IMG/VR virus record: IMGVR_UViG_3300005731_000013
Location: 64,001-128,000 of that record
Reading direction: 5' to 3' (one strand)
Length of the DNA stretch: 64,000 nucleotides
From: a virus
Shown: positions 16,721 to 26,681 of the stretch, piece by piece
Layout: every line of letters begins with the position of its first letter
Position numbering within the stretch: the stretch's first letter is position 1
Program-made: the position numbers and the translations under genes
The notes under the pieces: model-generated
Told to the model about the DNA's origin: nothing
The model's database searches: none
The model's input: the letters and a program-made list of their open reading frames with translations, nothing else

Positions 16721-18293
16721 TAGTCCAGTTCCATTCAGTTTTTCCTGAATCCCATATTCTTAGAATGCCTGCATTGTCCATCATTTCTTTTTCAGTTAAA
16801 ATACAGTTATAATGTTCAGGTAATTTTAGTTTTATTTGTTGTTTTGTGAAATGGCTGCAATGTTTTAATTCACCATTAAATAGATATTGATATGACGGAG
16901 GAAGAGTCTTGCCTTTTGTGAATTTACATTGAGAATACACATCTCCAGTAAACCAATCATTCATTGAAAAGCTTACAACATTGTTAAATTTGAGTTCTTT
17001 TTGCGCATGAGCAAATGTTTTGCTGAATAACCCTGGGTGTGTTTTGTTATCAGTTGCCCAACGTTTGAGTTCAAATCTCCTAGATTGTCTTGACCCTCTT
17101 GTCCAGCCAAATGTCATAACTCCGATTAAATTATTTTGCTTGTCATATGCACCCCAATAACTTGTGCTTATAACAAAGCTTTGTAAATGATATTTATTTA
17201 AAAACTTCCTGGCACTTTTGGCGTCAATTTTAGAAATATAACATTGACGCGCCCCTATACCTTTTTGCTTGATATGCACATGTGTTTTGATTAATTCAAT
17301 AATTTTTTCTTTTTGTGTATGCCAAGTTGATTCAGAAATTTGTAATAACGTTATATTTTGATCTTTACATTTTTGCCATTTGTTATAATGATAATCTTTA
17401 GATTTGAACAAATCACTATGCCAATAATCGCCATTACATTCAATAGCTAAATTATAATCAGGTAAGTAAAAATCTAACTCTTGGGGATGAATAATATTGC
17501 GGTCATTGAACACAATATTAGTCAAATTTAAATTATCCAATACTGCTTTAATTTCTGTTTCAAAATTGCTACAATAAAATTTAAAATCTATGTCGTATTT
17601 TTTAATATGATTATATACAGTATATTGATCAACACCTAGTTTTTTAGCAACATTCAAAACTGAATTATGTTTAAGTAATTCAGTTAATTGTGATTCATCT
17701 AATAGGATTTGTTTTGCGAGGTCAGATATATGTTGCTGACTTGGATGACCATTATATCTTGCATGATTGGATTGTAATGTTTTTTGTTTGATAATATCTG
17801 CTTGGGCAGGATTTAATACACCATATTTTTCTAAAGTTGTTTGCTGTGCTTTATATTTTAAAGAATCTGATTGCATAGCATATTCTACATCATGTCGGTC
17901 CAACATTGTAGATTTGAATTTAGATTTTAACAATTCAGATTGTAATGCATGTTCATGGCCATAACGTTCAGTCATTGTAAATTTGAATTTAGATTTTAAC
18001 AATTCAGATTGTAATGCATGTTTATGACCATAACGTTCAATCATAGTGTTATTTTTTGCAGTTTTAAATGATTCACTATTTGCACGACATTTTGCAGAAC
18101 AAAATGATGCGTAGTTTTTTCTCTGCCATTTTACAATATTATTGCATTCAATACAAGTAGGAATATGTGCGATATCATTTATTAAATGCCAAACAATTTG
18201 ACGAGCATTAGTTGAATTAACAATATTATCATCCAAGGCTGAATAATCAATATCAGATAAATCTGACATTGTTAACCGACTCTTATCCCACAA
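16692..18293 (-). CDS. Hef-like homing endonuclease with Mom/GNAT-like C-terminal domain
   Basis: CIEC...FCSAKC, 23-aa ERYG repeats, HTH, ELDFYLPDYNLAIECNGDYWH, FGWTRGSRQSRRFELKRW; inserted between gp47 and gp46; real start may be ATG 18269. Confidence 0.82.
   Translation of the reverse strand: MWDKSRLTMSDLSDIDYSALDDNIVNSTNARQIVWHLINDIAHIPTCIECNNIVKWQRKNYASFCSAKCRANSESFKTAKNNTMIERYGHKHALQSELLKSKFKFTMTERYGHEHALQSELLKSKFKSTMLDRHDVEYAMQSDSLKYKAQQTTLEKYGVLNPAQADIIKQKTLQSNHARYNGHPSQQHISDLAKQILLDESQLTELLKHNSVLNVAKKLGVDQYTVYNHIKKYDIDFKFYCSNFETEIKAVLDNLNLTNIVFNDRNIIHPQELDFYLPDYNLAIECNGDYWHSDLFKSKDYHYNKWQKCKDQNITLLQISESTWHTQKEKIIELIKTHVHIKQKGIGARQCYISKIDAKSARKFLNKYHLQSFVISTSYWGAYDKQNNLIGVMTFGWTRGSRQSRRFELKRWATDNKTHPGLFSKTFAHAQKELKFNNVVSFSMNDWFTGDVYSQCKFTKGKTLPPSYQYLFNGELKHCSHFTKQQIKLKLPEHYNCILTEKEMMDNAGILRIWDSGKTEWNWTNDQNQKCNN
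17904..18044. repeat. Near-identical 69-bp tandem duplication inside the endonuclease gene
   Basis: Copies start at 17904 and 17973; encode MxERYGHxHALQSELLKSKFKxT. Confidence 0.9.
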
Positions 18294-18303
18294 CTTGTTT
18301 AAA

Positions 18304-19323
18304 TTATAAGTTATTATATATATCCATTAATAATTTTTGACTAATAATGTCACTTTCAACAGATTGCAATTGATTATATACAATTTGATCTACACTTTCG
18401 ACAATTATTTCGCCATTGTTGACGGTTTCTGCTGAAATTTCTTCTTTCTTCATAGGAACAAGACTTAATTCACGAGGATTAAATTGTGCCATAAATGTTT
18501 CTTTAATAAAGTTAGCTTCTTCGTAACTAATAGGAACATCAAGCATTGTTCTGCAATAAGTTTTATCATTCAGGTAGTCCTCAGGTGCATCAATTAAATC
18601 ACTAAGATTAATGCGAATGTAGCGCGGGCCGTCATAATTGACATAAGTTGGTTCACCTCCCCACTCTAAAAACATGCAACCACGGTCGTCATCCCATGCA
18701 TCAGCATAGTTATGTGCAAAAGGACTACCTAAATAATGAACTTTTTCTCGAATTTGTCGTTTATGGAAATGTCCTGAAAACACATAGTCAGCAGCATGGA
18801 AGTCAGCAGTTTGCAACTCACCATAGTCTGGCATTTCTACAATTGCGTTCATCATAAAATGTGGCAACTCAAAATGTCCAAAAACATATTTACTTTTGAG
18901 CTTTTTCATTTTTTTCCATTCATCACCAATTAACCAAGGAACAAGAGCAACATTACCTTGTTCTAAAATATCATCATTGATGATGTGAATATTTTCAAAT
19001 AATTCGCCATACGGAAAAGAATTGATTTCACGTTTTTCCCTATAGAATAAGTCGTGATTACCAACCAACATATAGATATCATCAAAAGCATCACTTAATG
19101 CCTTAAGATTGCTGACTGAGTAATTTAATGTAGACACATTGACACTTGACCTATTATGATGTAGATCACCAAGAAAAATGCACGTCTCACAACCACGTGC
19201 TTTAGATTCTTTGATAAACCAAGTTACAAATTCTTCACAATCAATGTTGTGTGTGCGACTGTTATTACGGTAGCCGAAATGTATGTCTGTGAAACATGCG
19301 GCGTGTTTAAATAAATTTGACAA
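18304..19323 (-). CDS. gp47: Recombination endonuclease nuclease subunit (Mre11/SbcD-like)
   Basis: Metallophosphoesterase motifs FTDIHFG, LGDLHH, VGNHD, GHFE, SGHFH; TTG start with AGGA. Confidence 0.95.
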   Translation of the reverse strand: MSNLFKHAACFTDIHFGYRNNSRTHNIDCEEFVTWFIKESKARGCETCIFLGDLHHNRSSVNVSTLNYSVSNLKALSDAFDDIYMLVGNHDLFYREKREINSFPYGELFENIHIINDDILEQGNVALVPWLIGDEWKKMKKLKSKYVFGHFELPHFMMNAIVEMPDYGELQTADFHAADYVFSGHFHKRQIREKVHYLGSPFAHNYADAWDDDRGCMFLEWGGEPTYVNYDGPRYIRINLSDLIDAPEDYLNDKTYCRTMLDVPISYEEANFIKETFMAQFNPRELSLVPMKKEEISAETVNNGEIIVESVDQIVYNQLQSVESDIISQKLLMDIYNNL

Positions 19324-19346
19324 ATATTTTTCCTATATATACTATA

Positions 19347-19375
19347 ATTCTACTTATTAACCTATTGAAAGTCAA
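19347..19375 (-). promoter_or_regulatory. sigma70-type promoter for gp47
   Basis: TTGACT-17 nt-TAGAAT; the -35 box contains the TGA stop of the upstream endonuclease. Confidence 0.75.
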
Positions 19376-20916
19376 CAATTTTTCCATATCCACTCAATTT
19401 TTCCACTATCCCAAATACATGGTATGTGCAACAATTCCATCATTTCTTTTTCAGTCAAATTTTTATCAAAAATATCTGGAAATTGTTGTTTTATACGAGC
19501 CTTTGTGAAATTACTGCAATGTGTTCGTTTATTTCGCCAAACATAAAAATATGAGGGAGGAACAACGTTCGCTGCATGAAATTGATTGCAATCATACAAT
19601 TGACCATCAAACCAATCATTCATTGAAAACGAGACTATTTCATTAAATCCGATATCTTTCTGTGCTTGTTTGAATATTTTACTGAACAGACCAGGATGCG
19701 TTTTATTATCTGATACCCAACGTTTTAATTCGAACCGTCTAGATTGTCTTGACCCTCTTGTCCATCCAAATGTCATAACAGCAATTAGTGTATCATTGTC
19801 GAATGCACCATAATGGATTCCACCAACAAAATTTTGTAAATGATATTTGTCAACAAATGGTCTAGCCATTGCTGCATTGATGACAGATATATCCGCTTTC
19901 CGTCCACCTATACCTTTTGGTTTATTATGCAATTTTGATTGTATTAATGCTTTGACTTTATCAAAATTTGACACAAAATCACATTCAAATATTTGAATAA
20001 GAGATATATTGTTTTCGTTAGCCAAGCGCCATTTATTAAAATGATAATTCTTGTCTTTGAATTTGTTGGAATGCCAATAATCACCGTTACATTCAATACC
20101 TAGATTTAATTCAGGAAGCCATATATCTATTTCAAAAGGAGGTATGATGTTATATGAATTTTGTTCTATTTTGATATCAGAGTTGATAGATTTGATAATG
20201 TCAACAATACCAGTCTCCAAGTAACTTGATTTTTTACATATATTATTAGTATCGATATCATGTACAGAAATATATCTAATGATAGTATTGCGGTCAACAG
20301 ATAGATGAGAGGCTAATGTTCCAGGAGTCATATTTGATAATGCAGTCTCGAATATACGCTTGTCTTCTAAAAACGACAAAATATCCGAAGACATATTAAT
20401 ATGGGAAATATGTTCCACGCCGTATTTTTTGAGTAAGGTTTGTTTTCTATTTTTAGAACCAACAATAGAATTTTGATTAGTAGCAAAAGAGTGAATGTCA
20501 GGATTTTGGAATGAAAACTCATAGCCATATTGTTCTAACATTGTTTTTGATCGTTTTAATTGTGATGTGGGATTTTGAAATGAATAATTATAACCGTGGC
20601 TCTTTAAATTTGATTCAGCCAATGTTTTTTTAAATTTACCACATCTTGCTCTGCATTTTGCTGAACAATATTGTGGATATTGATTGCGGTCTGCATTCCA
20701 TTTTAAAGACTTAGAACAGTTATCATTTTGACAAATAGGCACCTCGACTATTTGATTTTTACAATGCCAAATTATTTGACGGGCTTTAAACTTATTCCAA
20801 TCTGTGGGAATAATATCCCATAGATCAGATTTCTTAATCATATTAATGGTGACTATTTGCTTATTTGAAAATTCATCGTCAATTATTCGATTTGCCTGTG
20901 TGAATTGTATAGACAT
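19372..20916 (-). CDS. Hef-like homing endonuclease with Mom/GNAT-like C-terminal domain
   Basis: CQNDNC...YCSAKC, EQYG/KKYG repeats, EIDIWLPELNLGIECNGDYWH, FGWTRGSRQSRRFELKRW; between gp55 and gp47. Confidence 0.82.
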   Translation of the reverse strand: MSIQFTQANRIIDDEFSNKQIVTINMIKKSDLWDIIPTDWNKFKARQIIWHCKNQIVEVPICQNDNCSKSLKWNADRNQYPQYCSAKCRARCGKFKKTLAESNLKSHGYNYSFQNPTSQLKRSKTMLEQYGYEFSFQNPDIHSFATNQNSIVGSKNRKQTLLKKYGVEHISHINMSSDILSFLEDKRIFETALSNMTPGTLASHLSVDRNTIIRYISVHDIDTNNICKKSSYLETGIVDIIKSINSDIKIEQNSYNIIPPFEIDIWLPELNLGIECNGDYWHSNKFKDKNYHFNKWRLANENNISLIQIFECDFVSNFDKVKALIQSKLHNKPKGIGGRKADISVINAAMARPFVDKYHLQNFVGGIHYGAFDNDTLIAVMTFGWTRGSRQSRRFELKRWVSDNKTHPGLFSKIFKQAQKDIGFNEIVSFSMNDWFDGQLYDCNQFHAANVVPPSYFYVWRNKRTHCSNFTKARIKQQFPDIFDKNLTEKEMMELLHIPCIWDSGKIEWIWKNC

Positions 20917-20931
20917 AATGATAGTCTTATA

Positions 20932-21825
20932 TTATAAAATGTTATACCCGCGATCACGCAACTCTTGATTTTGCTTTTCTTCATCTTCTTCACGAGCACG
21001 TTGTTGTGCTGCTTCATCATCCAATTGACGATTGAAACTTGGCATATATCCGCCATCTTGTAATATATCATCACGAATATGCTGATTTCGTTTTTCTAAA
21101 TTAAGAACACGAGTGAATGAATTTTGTAGGACACGAGTATAATAAGCAAACGGATTGTCACTTCTCGCTTCGTTAAATTTTAATCCAACTTCACTTAGTT
21201 GCAATAATGCAGCACTTTGCATTTCATCATTATACGTATAACCACGCCAATTGCCTCGCATTGCATAACGTTCGACTAATTTGATCATCATTTTAGCTAA
21301 TGTTGGAGTTAGTCTACCATGATCTACACTGAAACACCCATTATCAAACCCGCCACTCCAATGACTTCTTGCCACTTCACGAAGTTCATCATTAACATAT
21401 GCATAATGTTTGAATGGAGGGAAATTACATTTTGTATGCAAGTCTGCTTCGGTTTTTGGATTCTTTTTACGATCGGGTGTTTCAGGAATATGATCATACG
21501 TCATAACACGAAATACAATATCGTCATCAGGAATTGAAGCATCATCTACTTTGAACTCTGCTTGTTTTGGTTTTGTTGACCGTTGAGCGCCATTGGCTTC
21601 CCAATTTTTGATACCTGTTTCATAACCTGCACTAGACAGCTTTGCAGCATGGTTGATTTTTGCTTGTGTTACAACTTCGGGAGTGATTTCATCTACATTG
21701 TCGACAATAATGTCGAAATGTGAGTATGCGTCATCCATAGTGTAACAGAAACTCATTTTGCTTTTATGAATTTCTTTAAGAATGTCTTTATTATTAAGAT
21801 AGTTTGTTGCGCGTTTCCTCGCCAT
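20932..21825 (-). CDS. gp55: Late-transcription sigma factor, gp55 family
   Basis: NYLNNKD, NWRGYTYNDEM, KFNEARSDNPFAYYT, EKRNQ; upstream of gp47/gp46 as in T4. Confidence 0.9.
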   Translation of the reverse strand: MARKRATNYLNNKDILKEIHKSKMSFCYTMDDAYSHFDIIVDNVDEITPEVVTQAKINHAAKLSSAGYETGIKNWEANGAQRSTKPKQAEFKVDDASIPDDDIVFRVMTYDHIPETPDRKKNPKTEADLHTKCNFPPFKHYAYVNDELREVARSHWSGGFDNGCFSVDHGRLTPTLAKMMIKLVERYAMRGNWRGYTYNDEMQSAALLQLSEVGLKFNEARSDNPFAYYTRVLQNSFTRVLNLEKRNQHIRDDILQDGGYMPSFNRQLDDEAAQQRAREEDEEKQNQELRDRGYNIL

Positions 21826-21845
21826 AGATTTTCCTTATTTGTTTC

Positions 21846-21875
21846 AATATAACATGGATAACCCATTGAAGTCAA
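21846..21875 (-). promoter_or_regulatory. sigma70-type promoter for gp55
   Basis: TTGACT-18 nt-TATATT with extended TG. Confidence 0.6.
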
Positions 21876-21890
21876 TAGATTTTTTTTGTG

Positions 21891-21898
21891 TATAAATA
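21891..21898 (+). promoter_or_regulatory. Consensus late promoter TATAAATA for the baseplate operon
   Basis: Exact T4 late consensus about 45 nt before ATG 21945. Confidence 0.8.
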
Positions 21899-21944
21899 TT
21901 ATTAAGAATGATTGAATATCATATATTTATTAGGTTGAAACATA

Positions 21945-22544
21945 ATGACAAGAGTAGATCAACGTGCGCGGTTATCAGCAAAACGTGCTTATAAAACAGC
22001 ATTTGGTGGGCCAGCATCAGTTTTGGAAAATACTAATGGAATTCTATTTCCATATACTCCGAATATTTCGGTTGCACATACTGCTGAATATGCACAATAT
22101 GATTTGGTGCATACAAATTACCAACAACAGGCGTTCAGTAGATCACGAAATCCAACAATACAGATCACAGGAACATTTATAAATCAAACTCCACGTGAAG
22201 CAAAATATACTATTGGTGTAATGCATTTTTTAAGAGTAGTAAGTAAGATGCATTATGGTATCAATGATGATGATGCAGGAACGCCGCCACCAGTATTGGA
22301 TTTTTCTGCATATGGGACTTATAATTTTTACAAAGTCCCGGTGTTGGTGAGCAGTTTTAATTTCATTTATGAAGATGGTGTTGATTATATAGAAACGGTA
22401 ACATCAGATGGTGAAACAGTTCAAATTCCGACATTGATGACCATTGCTATTGATCTGTTGCCACAATATAACCCGACCAAACAAAGTAATTTCAGTTTAT
22501 ATGATTTTGCTAACGGTGACGGTTACAAAGGAGGATTTATTTGA
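21945..22544 (+). CDS. Baseplate tail-tube initiator/cap (gp48/gp54-like)
   Basis: LFPYTPNIS, PPPVLDFSAYG, VPVLVSSFNF pattern; precedes gp53. Confidence 0.65.
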   Translation: MTRVDQRARLSAKRAYKTAFGGPASVLENTNGILFPYTPNISVAHTAEYAQYDLVHTNYQQQAFSRSRNPTIQITGTFINQTPREAKYTIGVMHFLRVVSKMHYGINDDDAGTPPPVLDFSAYGTYNFYKVPVLVSSFNFIYEDGVDYIETVTSDGETVQIPTLMTIAIDLLPQYNPTKQSNFSLYDFANGDGYKGGFI

Positions 22545-22831
22545 TGGCATACAAACGAAACAGTCATTTGAGAGAGACAAGGATTGTAAATGGATATACT
22601 GCATTATATAATCCATCAGTTACTCCAGATTATTCTCGAACTTTTGAATTTACGATAACACAAAAATATGTTAAACGCCCAGATTTGCTTGCATATGATC
22701 TATATGGCGATGCACATTTTTGGTGGTTATTCCCTATATATAATCCAAATGCATTGTTGGATCCAATAAACGATTTTACCTTAGAGACTAGTTTATTAGT
22801 CCCAACTCGTGATTTTGTGGCGGGGATATAA
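22544..22831 (+). CDS. gp53: Baseplate wedge protein gp53-like (LysM-like)
   Basis: RPDLLAYDLYGDAHFWW...NP...DPINDF; TTG at 22541 is an alternative start. Confidence 0.85.
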   Translation: MAYKRNSHLRETRIVNGYTALYNPSVTPDYSRTFEFTITQKYVKRPDLLAYDLYGDAHFWWLFPIYNPNALLDPINDFTLETSLLVPTRDFVAGI

Positions 22832-24912
22832 TGACATATATTCCTAATAGATTAAATGATTATGATACCTATACATATAATATTAGAATGTATATGGTCC
22901 ACCCGTCATATTTGTCACAACTTGATATGGCAATTCAAAATGGAAATGCGAAATTAATCGCAGATAATTCTCAAATAGCAAAATACAATATTTCTGATTT
23001 AGAACAGATTTTTACTGTTGGGCATAATTTGGTCAGAGAAGGCATTGGTAATAAATTTATAATGACAATGAATGAACCAAATGGCGCAACATTGATCAAT
23101 ACATTGAAACAAGTTAGTTTGGATTTAGGAATTGAAAATCATTTACATGCGCGATATATAATTGCAATAGATTTTCGAGGCCGCAAATCAGATGGCAAAC
23201 CGCATAAGTTCAATCAAACATTTTATTATCCTGTTATCATTACATCATTAAATTTCAATGTAAGTGAAGGCGGGGCTGCCTACAATATCAATTTAATTGA
23301 AAATTCAACATTAGGATATCAATATCTGAGCAACAATATAAATGAACAAATTACAGTGGTGGCACGAACTGTTGGTGAATTTGTTACAGAATTTGAAAAG
23401 AAATACAATAACTCAATTTTCAATGCCTGGGCAATAAATGATTCGGCAGGTGAATATTATGACACATTTTCTTTTGAATTTGATGATTCAACATCTGATT
23501 GGAAAAATTGGCGATTTCAAATTTTAGATGATGGCTTGGATATTGGTGCTGTCGAATTAGTAGGATTGCCTGGTGAAGATCCTGCATTACAAATAACTGT
23601 AAATAATGGAACAAATATCACAACATTGTTTTCACAAGTGCTGCAACTGACAGCTGAATATAAATGTATACCATTAACAGGCAAATCTGGCCTAGGACAA
23701 CAATTTGCTAGACCAATACCTAGTGAAAATACAAATACAACATTAGATTCATTGCCAACATTTTTTAAAATGATCAGTAATGTTGAATATGGCAATTATG
23801 ATCGCCTTAAAGGTGATTATCAAAAGAAGATAGTATATAAACTCAAATCATATGTTGTTACGAATGAAATTATTGATGCGATTGCATATCAAGCAAGTAT
23901 TACAAATTCTGGAGTTCAAAATCGTAGAGTAGAAAATCTTATAGCAAATAATTTCCTACGTAAAAGATATGATTATTACTACACAGGAAAAAACACTGAA
24001 GTATTAGAATTTGATATGCAATTTGATAATCTATATTATTATATCACACCATATGGCGAGGGCACAATCGGAGACCCAAACTTTATGGCACCTGTAATTG
24101 CATCAGATAAGGATCAATTGATGGCACGATTGGTTAATTCTAGAAAAGAAGTTGCATCTGCAAAAAAAGCATTCAATGCAGCATCCGCGTCAAAATTGAA
24201 TTTGTCAAATGATATTTTAGATCCACGAGGTGAATCATTCATAACTATTGGTCAAGCGAAAATTCAATTTGATAATGCTTTTGAAAATTTTCGTAGAACA
24301 ACTGATGAAGTAATTGATATATTAAAAACACAATATGAATTAACTGACGCGGATATCAATTATCAATTACGATTTGTCGCAGATACTATTAGTGACCAAG
24401 ATATATCTTCAAGTGACAATGATAGAAAAGGTGGAACCCTGAAACATGGTGCAGTCAAAGCTAATCTGGAAAATCCTGCGGATTTGGTCCAAATTGAATT
24501 AGGAATTCGCGGTGATCCATACTGGCTTGGGGCACCAAATAGCTTTTATAATCAACAACGAAATAGTGACGAAATTGTTGATTATGAAGCAGGATCGCCT
24601 AATTTCTTCTTACAAGTTAACTTGCCAACCTCTGATGAAGATAGTGCAGGCCTGCGTAAACCACAACCAGATTATCAAGTAAGTGGTGTATATACTGTTA
24701 AAAATGTGATCAATAGATATCGGGATGGAATGTTTACGCAACATCTTAATGCAGTTAGAGATCTAGCCACGAATACTATAACTGCATTTGGTAGCTTAGC
24801 AAGTAATAATGTAGATTCGTTTAACACAGATGATGCAAGCATAAAAAGTCAATATTTGGATGTTGCACAACAAATAGAAAATGCAACTCGACGAATAACT
24901 AACAATAGGTAA
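22831..24912 (+). CDS. Probable baseplate hub protein (gp27-like position)
   Basis: Between gp53 and gp5; C-terminal IRGDPYWL and SGVYTVKNVINRYRDGMFTQHLNAVR typical of hub proteins. Confidence 0.6.
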   Translation: MTYIPNRLNDYDTYTYNIRMYMVHPSYLSQLDMAIQNGNAKLIADNSQIAKYNISDLEQIFTVGHNLVREGIGNKFIMTMNEPNGATLINTLKQVSLDLGIENHLHARYIIAIDFRGRKSDGKPHKFNQTFYYPVIITSLNFNVSEGGAAYNINLIENSTLGYQYLSNNINEQITVVARTVGEFVTEFEKKYNNSIFNAWAINDSAGEYYDTFSFEFDDSTSDWKNWRFQILDDGLDIGAVELVGLPGEDPALQITVNNGTNITTLFSQVLQLTAEYKCIPLTGKSGLGQQFARPIPSENTNTTLDSLPTFFKMISNVEYGNYDRLKGDYQKKIVYKLKSYVVTNEIIDAIAYQASITNSGVQNRRVENLIANNFLRKRYDYYYTGKNTEVLEFDMQFDNLYYYITPYGEGTIGDPNFMAPVIASDKDQLMARLVNSRKEVASAKKAFNAASASKLNLSNDILDPRGESFITIGQAKIQFDNAFENFRRTTDEVIDILKTQYELTDADINYQLRFVADTISDQDISSSDNDRKGGTLKHGAVKANLENPADLVQIELGIRGDPYWLGAPNSFYNQQRNSDEIVDYEAGSPNFFLQVNLPTSDEDSAGLRKPQPDYQVSGVYTVKNVINRYRDGMFTQHLNAVRDLATNTITAFGSLASNNVDSFNTDDASIKSQYLDVAQQIENATRRITNNR

Positions 24913-24917
24913 CAACA

Positions 24918-26681
24918 ATGTCAATCAATCGTAGTTCTGATACTAATAGTAAAAAAGTTAGGGCACAATATAACCAAAATGTTATGGAAAAAGGCCTAAA
25001 AATTCCAACTGGCGTTTATAGGGGCGTTGTGGTTGATGTAAATGATCCTAATAAAATGGGCCGAGTCAAAGTTCATATTATGAAATTTTATGGAACATTC
25101 ACAGCAGGACAAAATGCAGGAACAAATATCGACCCTGAAGATTATTTAGGTGCAATGTGGTGTAGGCAATTAATGCCATTTGGGGGGACATCAACCCCAG
25201 CAGCAGGGCCAAATGGCGTGGTAAGTCAAAATGCATATGGAATGCATGGCCAACCACCATCATTAGATAATGAGGTATTAGTAGCATTTTCTGGTGATAC
25301 GCATAGTGGTATTATTTTGGGTGTGTTGCCTGATCCACAAAAAATTGATGGGTTAGCAGGTGCTGGCGTAACAGGTCAAACAGCATCAGGTGAAACAACT
25401 ATCCGCCAAGAAAGAAGCAAAACAACTTCTACTGCGGATGAACAACCAGATGAACACCCCTTGGCCGAAATACTTAGAAAACAAGGGTTAGATAAAGATA
25501 GAATCCGTGGACAAAATTATTCAAGTCCTACACGAGATCCAAGTTCACAGGTCATGGGAATGACTACACCTGTCGGACATAGTATTACTATGGATGATGG
25601 TGATGGTGAAGATCAAGATAATTTAGGTATGCGTTTAAGAACCGCTGGTGGGGCACAGATTCTTATGGACGACACAAATGGTATGACATACATTAACAAC
25701 CGTGAAGGCAATGTATGGGTTGAAATGAACCGTAACGGTGACATTGATATATATGCCGGAAACAGTATTAACATAGCAACTCAAGGTGATTTTAATTTTA
25801 ATTGCGGCGGCAGCTTCAATTTAAATGCAGGGCGAGCAATTAATATGAAATCAGGTGGCGCAACTGGAATTAAATTAGAAGCAGCGAGCGGAAGTGTTGA
25901 TATATTCGCCCATGCAAATCTTAACTTGCAAGCGGATGCAAATGGAAATTTACGAGTAGCTGGGAATTATAGAGAAACGGCTGGAAGAATTGATATGAAC
26001 GGTGCTCCTGCATTGGCTGCGTCAAAGCCTGCAGTGCAACAACACGCAGGCAATACAAATATAACTGAAAGCATTGCTGGACGGGTTCCAGAAGCAGAGC
26101 CTTGGAATGGGCATTTAGATGTAAGTGTGCTTGATTCGTCATCAGCTAGTGGTGCAACTGCACAAGGAAATAGTAATAGTTATTATTATGGTTCTCCTAC
26201 AGACATGCATTCATATAATGATCAGACTGGTGATTTTGACATTAACAATTATCCTGTCGCTGAAGGAGAAACAGGCGCATTTGTTCAATATAGATCTGGT
26301 GTAGATAAACGTATTGATCCTGCATTGATAACTATGGTTGAAGAAATTGCTCGACGTTTCGGCCGTCCATTGGTTATTACTTCAGGATATCGTTCACCAT
26401 CTAGAAATACAAAGGCAGGCGGCGCAAAATATTCTCAGCATATGTTAGGTAAGGCTGTTGATATTTCAGGTGGCGGATTGACTAACAATGATCGTCTACA
26501 ATTGGTTGCTATAGCAAGCTCAGTAGGAATTAAAGGGATTGGTGTTTATAATGGCGGTAGTCTGCACTTTGATAATAGAGATAGCAGCCGCGCGGGCTGG
26601 GGTTCTGATTATACTAGCAATAGTGTTCCTAGCTATGCAGTCACAACTATAAACAAGCATAAGGCAGGAGGATTTGCATAA
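24918..26681 (+). CDS. gp5: Baseplate central spike gp5/VgrG-like with C-terminal peptidase M15 domain
   Basis: OB-fold GVVVDVNDPNKMGRVKV, beta-helix GHSITMDD repeats, ITSGYRS...SQHMLGKAVDI...HFD. Confidence 0.88.
   Translation: MSINRSSDTNSKKVRAQYNQNVMEKGLKIPTGVYRGVVVDVNDPNKMGRVKVHIMKFYGTFTAGQNAGTNIDPEDYLGAMWCRQLMPFGGTSTPAAGPNGVVSQNAYGMHGQPPSLDNEVLVAFSGDTHSGIILGVLPDPQKIDGLAGAGVTGQTASGETTIRQERSKTTSTADEQPDEHPLAEILRKQGLDKDRIRGQNYSSPTRDPSSQVMGMTTPVGHSITMDDGDGEDQDNLGMRLRTAGGAQILMDDTNGMTYINNREGNVWVEMNRNGDIDIYAGNSINIATQGDFNFNCGGSFNLNAGRAINMKSGGATGIKLEAASGSVDIFAHANLNLQADANGNLRVAGNYRETAGRIDMNGAPALAASKPAVQQHAGNTNITESIAGRVPEAEPWNGHLDVSVLDSSSASGATAQGNSNSYYYGSPTDMHSYNDQTGDFDINNYPVAEGETGAFVQYRSGVDKRIDPALITMVEEIARRFGRPLVITSGYRSPSRNTKAGGAKYSQHMLGKAVDISGGGLTNNDRLQLVAIASSVGIKGIGVYNGGSLHFDNRDSSRAGWGSDYTSNSVPSYAVTTINKHKAGGFA

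Noticed and set aside
17904-18044. CRISPR-like repeat
   Set aside because: Contiguous in-frame coding duplication without spacers
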